This document shows, piece after piece, positions 1-12,891 of a stretch of 64,000 bases of DNA (positions within the stretch are counted from its first letter, which is position 1; each line of letters opens with the position of its first letter). Made by a program: the position numbers and the translations under genes. The stretch comes from Xylographa opegraphella. Lineage: Eukaryota. The notes under the pieces were generated by a model. It worked only from the letters and a program-made list of their open reading frames with translations, ran no database searches and was not told where the DNA came from. The stretch covers positions 372,001 through 436,000 of the forward strand of contig JALDZX010000006.1 of NCBI GenBank assembly GCA_022813865.1, read 5' to 3'.

Positions 1-2042
1 GTGCGACAAGCTGCCATGGCTTTAGCTAGAGTCCTGACCGCCGTGCTAACACGAAGCTTAGAAGTGGGAGACTCTTCTCGTAACACAGCAGGTGTGATGC
101 TCAAGGAAGTACTGCCATTCCTTTTGAGTCCATCAGGTCTAGAGTCCAGTGCTCAGGAAATTCAAGCCTTTTCACTAAAGACGCTTTTACAAATCATCAA
201 GAGTAGCAATGCAAAATTCCTTCGGCCATTCATTCCAGATCTGGTCGGTCGTCTGCTTGCTCTGCTAAGTTCTTTGGAACCTCAAGAAATCAACTACCTT
301 CACCTGAACGCGGATAAATATGGAATGACAGCACAGCAGATCGACGATGTACGCTTGAGCAGTGTTAGATCATCGCCGATGATGGAGGCAATTGAGAGAT
401 GTCTGGATATGCTTGACGATTCCAGTATGAAAGAGTTACAAGCAAGCATGGAGCAAGCACTCAGGACAACTATCGGACTGCCTTCCAGGGTTGGCGTCAG
501 CCGTGTGCTAGTCTCGCTATCTACACGGCATAACTTCGTCTTCAAGCCGTATGCGGATAATACTCTGAGAATCCTCCGAAAACAGGTTCTCGATCGAAAT
601 GATACCATCTCTACCTCGTTCGCTACAGCTTCCGGATATGTCGCCAGACTGGCATCGAACGATGAAGTCCTCCGACTTTTCGACTACTGCAAAAAGCTAT
701 ACTTCGACTCAGGAGAGGATGATCGGCATCGAATTGTGTCGGCTGAACTGGTCTCTGCTGTTGCGAAATATGGCGCAGATAGATTTGCCTCCCTAGCAAA
801 TGATATCTTGCCATTTGTTTTCGTCGCTAAACACGACCCGAACGAGCGAACGAAGGAGCTTTTCAACAACACCTGGACGGAGAATGTCGGAGGTTCACGA
901 GCAGTATTACTGTATCTGAAAGAGATAGTCGCAACGGCATCGCCGCATCTCGAGTCACCGCGATGGTCTATCAAGCATACCGCTGCGTTCGCGATTGCAC
1001 ATGCCGCGAATGCCATGGGTGACGAAATCACGAATCAGGATGCGGAAATCATTTGGCCTTCTCTGGAAAAAGCTCTGAGTGGAAAGACCTGGGACGGGAA
1101 AGAGTTGATCTTGGAGGCCTTTATCACATTCGCCAAGAACTCGAATCTCATGGTCGACAACAAACAGATCGGTGATCGCATACAGGTATGAGAGTCCCTC
1201 GCAGTTCTCTTCCACGAACGCAGCTTTTCAAATAGAGTAATCATCTAGTTTACTGACCGAGTACGCAGAGCATTGTACTACGCGAGAGCAAACGCAATAA
1301 CGCCCAGTATCGCCAACATGCCTTGGTCTGCCTAGGAGACTTTGTCGAGATCTGCAAAGGGGTAGAGTGGTACGAGGTGGTTTATGAGATCACGAATCCT
1401 TTGATATTAGAATTGCTTGACGACGGGAACAAGATGGACGTGGATTCTCGAACAGGAGGGCCGTCATCCAAGATCACGTGAGTCTAAAGATCCCACCAAG
1501 CTTGTTCCGGCACTCGTGCGTCGGCTGAAGAAATTGTTTAGTTCCGAAAGAACGCTAGCGAACGCCTTACGAACCTTGCTTAAATCGATCGATCCGGTCC
1601 TTTGGGAAGCACCACGTGGGCAGCACCGTCTTCCCGCCTGTGGCATGTCGCTAACCGGATGACAGGTCTTGCAGTCAGCCTCAGCCAGACATTCGATCTC
1701 ATAGGGAAGGCACTTTCCCGGAACGACAAGGTCGTCAAAGATGCCATTCTGGATGGCGAGACGGCTCTTTTCAAAAAGTTGGCCACCACCGAATTTGACG
1801 ACGGACTCGACTCGATCTTGACCGGATATAGCTCCACTCTCTTCAAAATAGATGATCAGGCCGAACTGAGTCGAGCCAAAGCGGCGGACGCGGCAACAAC
1901 ATTAGGACGCTGGGCACCCGAGAAGAGTCAAGTCCACACACGTCTTGCAAGCGGGGTCGAGTTCGCACTCACACACGAACGCTCATCGTCCGTCCGACAA
2001 AAGCTTGAAGCCTGCTGGAAGGCGTTGGGCCACCAGAACTGA
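1..2042 (+). CDS. ECM29: Proteasome adaptor Ecm29-like HEAT-repeat protein, C-terminal part (5' truncated by window), 3 introns
   Basis: 396-aa helical ORF with Ecm29-like motifs (LSSLEPQEINYL, SSPMMEAIERC, GLPSRVG, ALSGKTWDGKE). GT-AG introns at about 1186-1268, 1478-1541 and 1615-1665 link it to the ORF ending at TGA 2042. Confidence 0.8.
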
Positions 2043-3250
2043 GCACAGCCGTGCTGACGGGCGCCGGGACCAATCCACGGTTCGAAGGGGATGTGCAGAG
2101 GAAACATGGCGGCCGCGATCAAGGCCACACCTGCCATTCCAGGAAAACGCCTGAACGATCAAGCCCCGGCGGGAGCATGTGTCGTCAGGGGCTCGAGACG
2201 CGATCCGGCCGCCGCTCCCAGCACATGCACTCCACCGAGAGGTTGCGACCATGGACCGCATTCGGTCTGTCGGCCGATGCACGGTCAGCAGCCGGCATGC
2301 GGTGAATGGCAAATTGGAATCCGGGTGGATGGCGGCCGGCGCAGATGCGGGACGCAGATGGGTGTGTCGGGTTCGGCCATGGCGCTGGAACGCGCGCACT
2401 CCAATGGCAAGCCGAGACGCACGGGCGGTAGCGAGCGATGGACCGACAGATTGGTCGAGGAGTGAGACGGATGTTACCGCCGCCAGGTGCGATGCATCCG
2501 GGGGCCACGAGATTGGAGTTCTGATGTGGCTGGGACACCGGGTGCGTAGGCAGATAGGTCCCCGAATACGATACGATATTTGTCACACGATGCAGGCATT
2601 GGCACGCCCCGCGCACGTGGAGAGCGCGACAGAGCGAAGATGCAGGTTAGTAGTGAGATTGCAGTGTGGATGCACATGCGTCGAGGTTCCAGATCCACCG
2701 TGGGGCGTGGGATGGTTTTTCGCTCGCGCGTGGGAAGGGAGCCGGCGCTAATGCATTGGGGCAGAGGCCCAGATCGCCATGGATGTAGCGCCTTCCAAGC
2801 CTAGCGGGGGATTGTGCGCAACCGCAATGATGGCGGCGGATGGAGGAAGGAGTGGAGCAAGGTTAAGGTGCCTTAAGCTATGGTCGATAGCGCGAATAGC
2901 TTTAATGCAGGGGGGGGGTCTACGGGCCGGTGTAGTCCGCACGATGATAGAAGATCCAGCGAAGGAATAGTCGGAGTCGAAGTTTTCCTCGGGATCCAAG
3001 CGGAGGTGGTCATTCGTTCTTCCCACCCACACACACCCTTAATCCTATTCTTGGCCCAACCCCGCTAAACCTCCACCGGAACCAAACTAGGCCGGCCGCT
3101 AGACGAAAGGCAGGCTCCGTTGGCTGGCGGGCTGGCAACAAGTCCTAGGAGCTCTCCTCCTTCCTCCTTCGCCTTCCCTCTTCTCCCCCATCTCCTCCCC
3201 ATCTCTTGCCTACCAGCCTGCCTGCTAGTAGCACTAGTATTTCCCACCCT

Positions 3251-3251
<1 letters not shown>

Positions 3252-3305
<54 letters not shown>

Positions 3306-3310
3306 CTCTC
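3252..3310. repeat. (CT)n microsatellite, about 25 perfect units plus a degenerate tail
   Basis: Directly visible, inside a pyrimidine-rich tract upstream of the Zn2Cys6 gene. Confidence 0.97.
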
Positions 3311-3860
3311 TATGTCAGTCATGCCGCTTCGGAGATTTCCGTGCCCCCACAGCCAAAACATGTACTTCCTTTGTACCTCCATGTACTTGTCGTTCCATGC
3401 TCAATGAAACCTGCTCGCCCTAGCCAGGGGCACCGTTCTCTTCCTGCAGCATCGTGAACAGGATGTGGACACCCTCGTCCTTGCGTCGCCCACCGAGCTA
3501 GCCTATTAGTGATGGTGCCATGGCTCATGCCACTGCTGTCTCGGTCTACCGCCAATGTTCAATATCTATTAGCAGCAGGTCCGCATACTGCTGCAGTCCT
3601 CGGCATCGATGCTGCTCTTTCTTCTCCATGGCTGCAGTCTTTTGTCCAGCACCCTGACCGGCTCCGTTCGTGCTTGCTACCACTTGGACCGATTCCACCG
3701 CTGAGGTCATGCTCGACTATCTCAGCCATCCATTCGCTCCAGATTTCCGGCCCTACCCGCTCCAAGGTGGTGATCTTCTGGTTCTTGAGGAAGCTTCTTT
3801 GACGTCGGTTCCGCACGTTCTAAGCGGACCGAGTTCTGATGCGAACAGACTTCGGTCTCA

Positions 3861-6677
3861 ATGCAAGGAAGGCGTGGTATACCACCGAGGCTTCCTGCAA
3901 ACCGGCTGCCAGCCATTGCCCCACGAGACGAACAATCTTCGCCTCTGGCGATCTACTCACCAACGGCACTTGCGACTAATATCATCTCAGACCTTCCCAG
4001 AACCCGTTTACTTCCAAGATCCAGAGAAGGCTGCTGGTGAGTGATGAAAGATTCTGCCGTCGTCTTCGTGAGTTTCGCTGACAACGCCTGACGCAGGACA
4101 TGTAGGGTACGAGACATTCCCTCTCTTCCCTATTTCAGCAGAACGCTAACAAATGCCAGACACGTAAAGTCAAGTACATTGCCTCCATCGCTCCTCTGCT
4201 TGTGGTTCCGCTAAGTGAATGTCTCATTCTCAGGTGTGACGAAGCGAAACCTCAGTGCAACGTGAGTCGTCCGCAATATTTGCCCACTCTGCATTTCGGG
4301 AAGCTAATGGATGGACCCACTAGCAATGCGCGAGATTGGGCCATGAGTGCGACTACAGCCATAAGGTCGCCTTTAAAGACGAGACTTCTAAAGTCGTTGA
4401 CAAGTATTTGGGAAGCAATCGTCCGCGAATCCCACCCTGGAATCGTACGTGACTCGGCTTTCTCGATCGTTGTTGCTGCTAAGACAGAGTACAGCTGCCG
4501 CAGAACCAGACAGCGACAACGAACCTCGGCCATCGGCAGCTATTGATACATTGGGCGCATTTGCGACACTAACGAATGACGAGGAGAGGCAGAGAAAGGC
4601 TGAGTATCGGCGTCCAGGAACGTATTTCATCGTCGCAACTCCTTCGAGTTTTTTGGGCCTGGAGGAGTATCGAAATACCAGCAATGAACCGCCTGAAAGA
4701 TCGTCAACCGCCTTTGATGACTCTACACAGGTACGTATCTCTCGGTCAGTCAACACATCAATACGGACTGCGGGCAAGACTGCTTTAATAGGGGGCGTGG
4801 GAATCTGGAGCATACTAAGTAGAATGGAGAATTAGACTGTTACTGCAAACATCGCTCTCGATGCGGAAACCATTATCCTGGGTACCTTCGAAGACCATCC
4901 ACAACAGCCAGCCGCGTGGAGCTTGCCAGCATTGTCAAATTTAGGTGGCCATGACTACGACGATGCGTCACCTCAAACGCCCTCTTTTCCGAGATTCCCG
5001 TCAAACCTAGATGGCTTGAGGGCTTCGCCCTCGTCGCTTGTGGAAACAACCCAGCTTTCCTCGACGCCCTCTGCCAGACAAGAAGAGCGACTTTTGCAAC
5101 ATTACAGAAGTTTTGTACGGAGACACGTCGTGCAAATCCGCCGGGTGAATCCTGACGTTTCCACGGGAGACTCTGGTTTCGGCCCTGATCTATTTGAACA
5201 AGAAGCTTCTAACTTTGCTCCGGTTAGTCTTCATTTTGCCACGATGATTAGTACCTTGATACGAGGTGTTAAATGCAACGTTGCTAACGAGGTCGGTCGA
5301 AGCTACGGTACGCATTGATGGCACTTTCTTCGCTCAGTCTTGCTCACACTGAGGGGTCTCGGAATGTTCTTGCACTGCAATATTATCAAAAAGCTCTGAG
5401 TCCACTTCAAAACAACCTTAGAATTGAGCAAGACATGGCATCCAACGGCGCTTTCCTTACTCATTTTGTTCTCCTTCTATACGAGGTATACTGTCCTGGA
5501 AAGATTTCAATAGCAAAGCTGTGGTCGCATATAATTACTTACCCAGTACAGATTGCTGCTGCGGAACCACTTTGGGCGACTCATATATCGCACCTTGACC
5601 AGATCGCCCAAGTCCGACGTAATGTCTACGGAATGGAGCCCTTCCCGGCTATCGTGTGGTGGGTATTCATCATCGATACTCATGCGCTGCTTTGCGGAAT
5701 CGGCAAAGGCACTTTCATTAGCAATCTGATCAGAAATGGCCACGTTCCTACTTCCGCAGATATGATACGGGCTCCAGGGCTCGTTGAACCTTCGTCGCAT
5801 GTTCCAGAAGAGGCACCGATGATGCCAAGCACGCTTGACTTTCATCGTGTAGTCACTCTTCTCGCAGCACGGTTGGGCCTGATTGCAAGTAACTTACGCA
5901 GCGCCGCAAGCCTGCGAATATCGTCGGCGCAACCCAGGGTTCCACAAGCCAGTCATCCCCAGTGGCAGCAGCAGGTTCACGAAATTCAGGAGAGCCTGAG
6001 GCAAGCATGGAGAACCCAGGTGCCTCTGGCTTTAAGTACAGGATATCGTGACCAAACTCTCCCTGCGCGGATTTGTGGCATATATGAGCACGTAAGTGTA
6101 CTTCTTCGTCTTCTCCATTTGTGGCACTGGCTTGAGCCCAAGAGCTTGAATCATGTAATAAGCCAGATTCCGTGTTTGTAGCCAAGTTTCCTGTATGCCA
6201 GGCGGTTTTTGATTTGGACGAAGTCTAAGACTGAACTTTGAGTGCTAAGGAACAAAATAGACGTACCTTTTATATAGGGCCTGCTTGATATACTCTCACA
6301 CCAGTATGTGGTCGACTCAGCGCACGGAAACAACTCCTGAATACCCAGAAGAGGTTACCCAATGCGCCTCCGAGATTATTGACGTTGTCAGCGAAACAGT
6401 ACGTCGACGTCGATTTGAACATGGATTTGTGATCTTTCCCCTTTTCCTAGCCGGTATAGCTACCACTTCGGCAGCGGATAAGGCGCTCGCCCACGAGCTG
6501 ATGACGGCGATGGAACAGGAGAGTGTAGGGAATAACAAGAGAGCGACACGAAAGCTTCTTGAAGCGGTATATGAGGCGCAGAATGCAAGGCAGATGGTGG
6601 TCGGCCATTCCTTAGATGTGGACTGGATCCAGGTCATGAGCGAAAGTAAGCTGCATGTGATCAATTTTGGGCTGTAG
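3861..6677 (+). CDS. Zn(II)2Cys6 fungal transcription factor with C-terminal fungal-specific TF domain, multi-exon
   Basis: Splicing exons 3861-4036, 4097-4106, 4160-4173, 4234-4261 and 4324-... gives [35 protein letters not shown]. Downstream exons give ALMALSSLSL, THFVLLLYE and FPLFLAG, typical of the Fungal_trans_2-like region. Start ATG 3861 has an in-frame stop upstream. Confidence 0.9.
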
Positions 6678-7305
6678 ACTTTTTTCATATCATAGAGTCG
6701 TCGTTCCTACAGACTCGGAGTGTTTGGAGAGCCTCAGTTCTGAATATGCTGAGAGTATATTGAACAGTATATGTTTCAATTCTTGAGATGAATACGGCGG
6801 TGTACAGATTCAATTCTAGTGGTATTTATAATATGCTCTTCTGCTCCCTTTCCGTACACGAATGATAGCATGCGAGTCCGCAAATCGAAAGGAAGTATCA
6901 GAACAGTTAAATTCTTAAGGTGCCTTGTATTGCACGGCGAACAGGGGTGAGCCTTATGACAAGCGAGCAGAGGCAGAAGCAATGACGCTGCTTTCCGGCA
7001 ACCTGGAGGCCGACTTCGTTCTCAGACTTTGCAAGAGCTTTGGTCGCAACCCTTCCGCTGATTGTACAATATCCCAGACCCAGTGTCATTGATTGATCAG
7101 CTGTGCCATTCAGCTCACATCACGGACAAGTAGACTCATCCTCGGTTTACAGCCATCACTATAGTCCGCTAGCTGAAACCTCTATCATTCAAAACCAAAT
7201 CGCTGTCGCTTTTTTCTGGCAACCATCACAAAACCTCCGGTTAACTTTCATTATAAAGTGGATAGCAAGTCCCAAGACCCAACCACGCACGTATAGCCAG
7301 ACACG

Positions 7306-9116
7306 ATGGACGAGGACGATCTGGTGGCCCAGTTCGTGGGCATCACCGAGTCGTCTGCGGACAGAGCGCAGCAATATCTCAGGCTATCGGACGGTAATAT
7401 CGAGCAGGCTGTTGAGCTTTATTTCAGCACTGGTGGTGTTGATCTTGAAGGACCGCCTTCATCGCTTACCCAAACCTCAGTACCCCCACCAGAACCTGCG
7501 TCACTATCATCTGGACAGTCGACCGAGAGGCAAGCACGGACGAGCGTCGGTGGTGTGGTAAATATTGATTCAGACGACGAGAAGACTGACAATGACGAAG
7601 TTGTCATCACTGGAACAAGATCGAGGCATGGAGGAGGGGTGGCAATCCCGGCGAACCGTCTGCCCGCAAGCGGAACGCCACCAGGCCTTCAACCAAGCTA
7701 TCTCGAAGATGAGGACGCTGCGATGGCTCGACGCATGCAAGAGGAAATATATGCTGGTGGCGATATGGGCAGAGTAATAGACACGGAGGGTTACCGGGCG
7801 CCGATGGCGAGGACTACAGAGACTTTGGTTGGACCGGAGTCTTATGACCTGACAGATCGGGAAGATATAAGAGCAGCCGTTGAGGAACAAATGCGAGCAA
7901 GGAGGGGATACAGGCCGCGAGGTACGAGTATGGTGATGGTTCCTGAATGGTTATATACTGACATTTCATAGGTCGTGGCGGTGCTGGCGTATCGGGCATA
8001 TTCAACCAACGGCCCGGCTCAAGCTCGATTTGGAACCAAGATGGCTCTCCCATAACTTTAGGACACGGTCAAAGCAACCGAGCTTCGGCAGGTCCATCAG
8101 ACAAGCACACGTTACTCGCTGAGATGTACCGTCCACCCTTTGACCTCATGTCTCGGCTGTCGTGGGAAGAGGCACGAACAGAAGGAAAGGAAAATGAGAA
8201 ATGGATACTTGTTGACGTCCAGGATCCTGCAATCTTCGACTGCCAAGTCCTTAATCGCGACCTATGGAAGAATGCCAGCATCAAAGAAACCGTCCGGGAA
8301 AACTTCATTTTCATGCAGTTCTCGAAGGACGACCCAAAAGCCAGCCAGTACCTACAATACTACTTCCAAAACCGCGAAAACCAAGACGCGTATCCACACA
8401 TCGCCATCGTCGACCCTCGCACAGGAGAGCAAGTCAAGGTATGGTCCGGACCACCCGCACCCAAGCCCGATGATTTCCTCGTGGAACTGTACGAGTTCCT
8501 CGACCGGTACAGCCTCAAGGTCACCGCGAAGAACCCGGTCGCGCGGCGGAAACCGGAAGGGCGGAAAGCGAAGGAAGTAGAGAAGATGACGGAGGAGGAG
8601 ATGCTCGAGATGGCGATGCAGAACAGCCTCGCGGGCACGAGCAGACCGGAGAAGGAGGATGCGGACCCGGACGCGCTCACGCGGAGCATGACCGCCGATC
8701 CCAAGGGTAAAGGCAAAGGCAAAGCCGCCGCCGCTGACGCCGACAACGACACCGACATGACGGACCTCGACGCCGCCCCGACCAACGGCCACCACGCCGA
8801 CTTCGACTCCGACCCCTCCCCCTCCCCCTTCGCATCCATCTCCGCCTCACACCCGCACACCGAACCGCCCGCGGACGCGGCCAGCACGCGCATCCAGTTC
8901 CGGCACTCGGGCGGCCGCGTGGTGCGCCGCTTCCTGCTCGCCGACCCCGTGCGCCGCATCTACGAGTGGCTCAAAGCCAGCCCGCTCGACGGCACCGCCG
9001 GCTTGGACTTCGCCCTCGTGGCGATGGGCACCAATCTGATTGACTCGCTGGATGTTTCTGTCGAGCGGGCCGGGTTGAAGAATGGGACTGTGATGGTGGA
9101 GGTCGTGGAGGGGTAG
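7306..9116 (+). CDS. UBX5: UBX-domain Cdc48/p97 cofactor (UBA-like, UAS thioredoxin-like, UIM, UBX; Ubx5/UBXN7-like), 1 intron
   Basis: N-terminal VAQFVGIT...AQQYL...IEQAVELYF, then MYRPPFDLM, FDCQVLNRDLW, YPHIAIVDPRTGE, a UIM-like TEEEMLEMAMQNSL, and a UBX domain TRIQFR...GLKNGTVMVE. Intron at about 7923-7971. Confidence 0.88.
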
Positions 9117-9486
9117 GGGGGGTGGGTGGGCGGGTAGATGAGGTACCTGGGGTGCAATGGTGGGGCTTTTGAGAGCTTGAGAGCTTGTGTGCGCTTGCGT
9201 GTGTCTGGGGTTGTGGTTCTGTGGCTGGGTGTTATCAAGAGCTTATACTTTCATGCCTGCTGCTCTGATCCGGCATAGGACTGGGCTATACAGACACGCA
9301 GACGCGCGTTTTGCACATCTCGTGCTTACGAAGCTGGGAGGGGGGGCGGTACCGTCCCCTTTCTAGATGGCTTGGGTGGCCGTGGCGCGCACCTGGCAGC
9401 CTCTTTGGCATGGCATGGCATGGCATGATAAATGGACCCGCTAGAATAAATGACCTTTTGTGCTGGACAAGGACCGATCGCTCGTG

Positions 9487-9511
9487 ATGTATGTATGTAT
9501 GTATGTATGTA
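9487..9511. repeat. (ATGT)6 microsatellite in a convergent intergenic region
   Basis: Directly visible. A (TGGCA)4 run lies nearby at about 9406-9425. Confidence 0.9.
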
Positions 9512-9898
9512 AGCCCCGCAACACCCCGTGCCGGGATCAAGGCCCGGAGCAGACGGGTATCTGTATCGCAGACGACGGTGGGCTTGGTGGTATTGGTATT
9601 GTGATTGTGATTGGGTGACGATGCTATCCCATCGGGGGGCATTTAACGCTCATTAATTACTGTGTGTATCATCCATCCATACACTATCCCATCCTCTCCT
9701 ATCCCGTCGTGCCCGCTCCCCCCCGCAACAACCGCTCGATACCCAAACCAAAAAAACAGCGTTATCAACACTGCATATGCTCCCGAGCGCCGCAACGCAA
9801 AATCCCCCCAATGCGTGCCTATGCTGGATTTCCAACCGCGCAAATGCTTCCCTCTGTCGCTTGCTATTTACACACAACTCCCTTCCCTTCCCGCACGC

Positions 9899-11336
9899 TC
9901 AGAAGTTCTGAGCCGACGATATCGGTTTGTGGGTCGCTGCCCCGGTGTTGCCTCTGTAGCCACCGTTCGGGTAGCCGTCCGCGTAGCCGTCGACCTGCCC
10001 GCTCCCGTACGCCGTCGCGGCGGTGTCGGTGAGCAGGCCGTTACCGCCCGCGTAGCCGTTCGTGGTGTAGCCGTTCGCGCGGCCGTTTGTGTACGAGCCG
10101 CCGTTGGCGGTCGTCGTGGTGGTGGTGTGGGTGTAGCCGTTGCCGTTGGGGTGGGCGTACCCGTGGCTGTTCACGACATGTGCGCCTCCGCTGCCGGCGC
10201 CCATTTCTAGAGCTGGTGCGCCGTCCGTTTTGCCTGCGCCCGGGCGTTTGCTGCGCGCGGCGGGGAGGAGGTCGGCGAAGAAGGAGAGCACCCAGAAGGT
10301 GAAGATAAGGGCGACCACCCATTCGAAGACGGCCGCTTGTTGGGTGTGGCCGTCGAAGGTGAGGACTGCGAAGATGATGGCGAGGACGACTAGAGGTGGT
10401 TGATTAGTCGGATTGTGGTACAGAGGTGGGGTGGCTTGATTGGCATGGCTGCTATGATGAAGAGTATAGAGGGATAGGAGAGAGTTTCGCGCTTGGCGCG
10501 TGCGAAAGGACTTACGTTCAATGAGGATGAATGTCAACTTTAGCCAGAAGGATATTCGAAGGATACGTCTGTTCCGGAAATGAATGCCCAAGCGCTGATA
10601 TTCGGCGCAGAGAAATATGGCCGATAAAATGTAGCCGGCACTGTACGATCAAAGGGTCAGATATCACCGTTGCAAGGATATCAGTTTGCTTAGCGGTACG
10701 TCATACATGAATAGTAGGAGAAATCCGTCGTGGAGATGGGGATGACGGAGGGTATCGAATATTGAAAGGAGGATGAGGCCAGCTGTGCCAGCGACTGCGA
10801 ATATGACTGAGAAGGAGTGGTCAGTACTGCGAAGAAGTCGTACGTGATGGTCGCCCGGCGACTTACTGGCCAATACGGATAGCACCTTTTCCGCTTTTGT
10901 AGTGTTGCGCTCTAACCGTCCAGTATGCCGAAGCCATCGCTCGGCGATGAAGGCAAGGTCGAGGAAAATGGTAGTGACACAACAACCTGCGATGAATAGT
11001 GGTTTGAGGCCTTGTGCTCCGATGTCTGAATATTTATTGTCAGAGCGCGTTCTTGAATTTGCGCTTCTTCGACTTTACCAGAGATATAGGCAATCGATTG
11101 ATTAGGGCCCATCGAGGCATAATGTGGACTGAATAAGTATGAGTCTTTCGATGGTCCTGATATCGCATTGGATGGGAGAACTCACGATCCCTCCGTTATC
11201 CAGACAATAAGCATAGCGAGGAGCATACCTGCCTCCACATTAGTAGCCATTACAATAAGATATCCGGAAGGAGCGGGTTACCAAGCCATGTTCCAGCGCT
11301 GATAAGCGGAAAGAAGAAGAATGGAAAGACAAACAT
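9899..11336 (-). CDS. SFK1: Sfk1/Frag1/DRAM-family membrane protein, multi-exon
   Basis: Spliced product MFVFPFFFFPLISAGTWLGMLLAML...QSIAYISDIGA..LKPLF...ERWLRHTGRL...LILLSIFDT..HP.LH...SFWLKL...AAVFEWVVALIFTFW. Confidence 0.8.
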
Positions 11337-12010
11337 GGTTCCACTGAAGACAATGCAGTAGGAGATTTTGCGACCAAACGTAGTAGTAACGGCGAGTTCG
11401 ATCCAGGTAAACAAGGAGACGAGTGCAAAAGTTACATAGGTAGATAATGAACAGCGATAAGACGAGAATCTAATCCTATGATCGCGACAGCAGCTTGAGG
11501 AGAGGGAATTATTTGGAGTCAAAAGAGTGGCAGGACGTCAATAAAATGCCGAAACACCCACTTTTCGTGCCATGGCATTCAATTTGACATCACGAAACTA
11601 CCGTAGCCATGACGTATTCATGGCATTTAGAGTTCGGTGCGCCACGCGCTCAAGCGAGGGGGCGTCGTGATACATCCGGGCAAGCCACATTAAAGCGATC
11701 TTAAAGGTAGCCAATGAGAAAGGACTCATTACTACCATTCCTTGAGCCTGGACGGTATTCCAACGGTATTCACGCTACAACAGGACGAGACGTAGTGCCC
11801 AACGGCTTCAATCAATTGAGAGCGCCTTCCATTATTGCTTTGGTATCTGTTAGTAGCTCTGAAGCTTTGCAGTCGTTCACTCATAAAATATAGAATATTC
11901 ATATAGTAAGACTCCAATACTCTTCTCGCAATTGAATAGGCGGAAGCACCAGGCAAATGTATCTCGATCAGGACACAACGTGCCGAGTTGGTAGGAAGAT
12001 AGTATATTAG

Positions 12011-12125
12011 CCAATCGATTATGGATATAATAACCAACTGGTAGCGAATATAATAGCCCATCGATGATGAATAAAATAGCCAACTGGTGACGAATATGAC
12101 TGCCCATCCATGCTGGATATATTAA
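12011..12125. repeat. Degenerate 23-bp minisatellite (5 units) with a 46-bp higher-order dimer
   Basis: Units start at 12011, 12034, 12057, 12080 and 12103, alternating ccMatcgatNatgRataWaataR and ccaactggtNNcgaatatRaYWg. Confidence 0.75.
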
Positions 12126-12891
12126 TCAATGGACAATGCTTCTTTCATGGGCGGAAAGTAGTTCAGCCACTTCGATAATACGAGGTCATCATGATTTTGC
12201 AAAATGTTGACGAACATTCTCTCAAAGTGTTATCCAACACGCAGACTTCACCATGAGACAGCGGAAAAAGCGATTCACGAGTGTCGGAGAACACCATGGT
12301 TATCGCCAGCTCTCCCCGCGATAAGTCTCGACGATATAGAGAATGCAACCTGGATAAAGACTTCAGCGCCGTGTTCGAAAGCGGCCTTATAGAATGTAAA
12401 AGAACGCTGTTTGACTTAGCAGGTCACAAGTTCAGAGACACACTTGTCACCCCAGTAAGAATTCAAGATTGGTCTCAAGCCTCGATGGAGATTTACAGCG
12501 TGAATCGGCATGAAAAAAGAGTCAGGAGACGTTGCGCGAGGAAGATATTGGCAGTCTTTAACGATGTTCAGCTCATCGACGTCCAAAATGGCATGTTTAG
12601 GCGAGGCTCAATGATCCGTCCGCATCGTGAGATCAGATCTGTTCTACTCGTCAACTCGGCGCCCGACGAAACTGGTTATATGGGACATGCACAATGTATT
12701 CTAAACAATACAACTATTCTTCATGATTTACTGTACTTTTGCACTTCATCCGACTACCTCAATGCCCTTTGCGATCGCTCACCACTGATCGCTGCTCCAA
12801 CCTCCACCTGCACCTTACCCAACATCCTCTGACCCGAATCACCGCCAACCATTCGACCGTATAGCTATCCAACTGATTTCCCACCGCCAAC

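Noticed and set aside
2051..3068. Many overlapping 60-190 aa ORFs
   Set aside because: GC-rich intergenic DNA with few stop codons. No motif or consistent splice structure.
3065..3382. ORFs with poly-(ER) or poly-(SL) runs
   Set aside because: They are translations of the (CT)n microsatellite, with no other coding signal.
11732..12832. ORFs of 109 and 183 aa, and a possible minus-strand gene relic
   Set aside because: No recognisable motif, multiple stops in the candidate frame, and part of it is the minisatellite.
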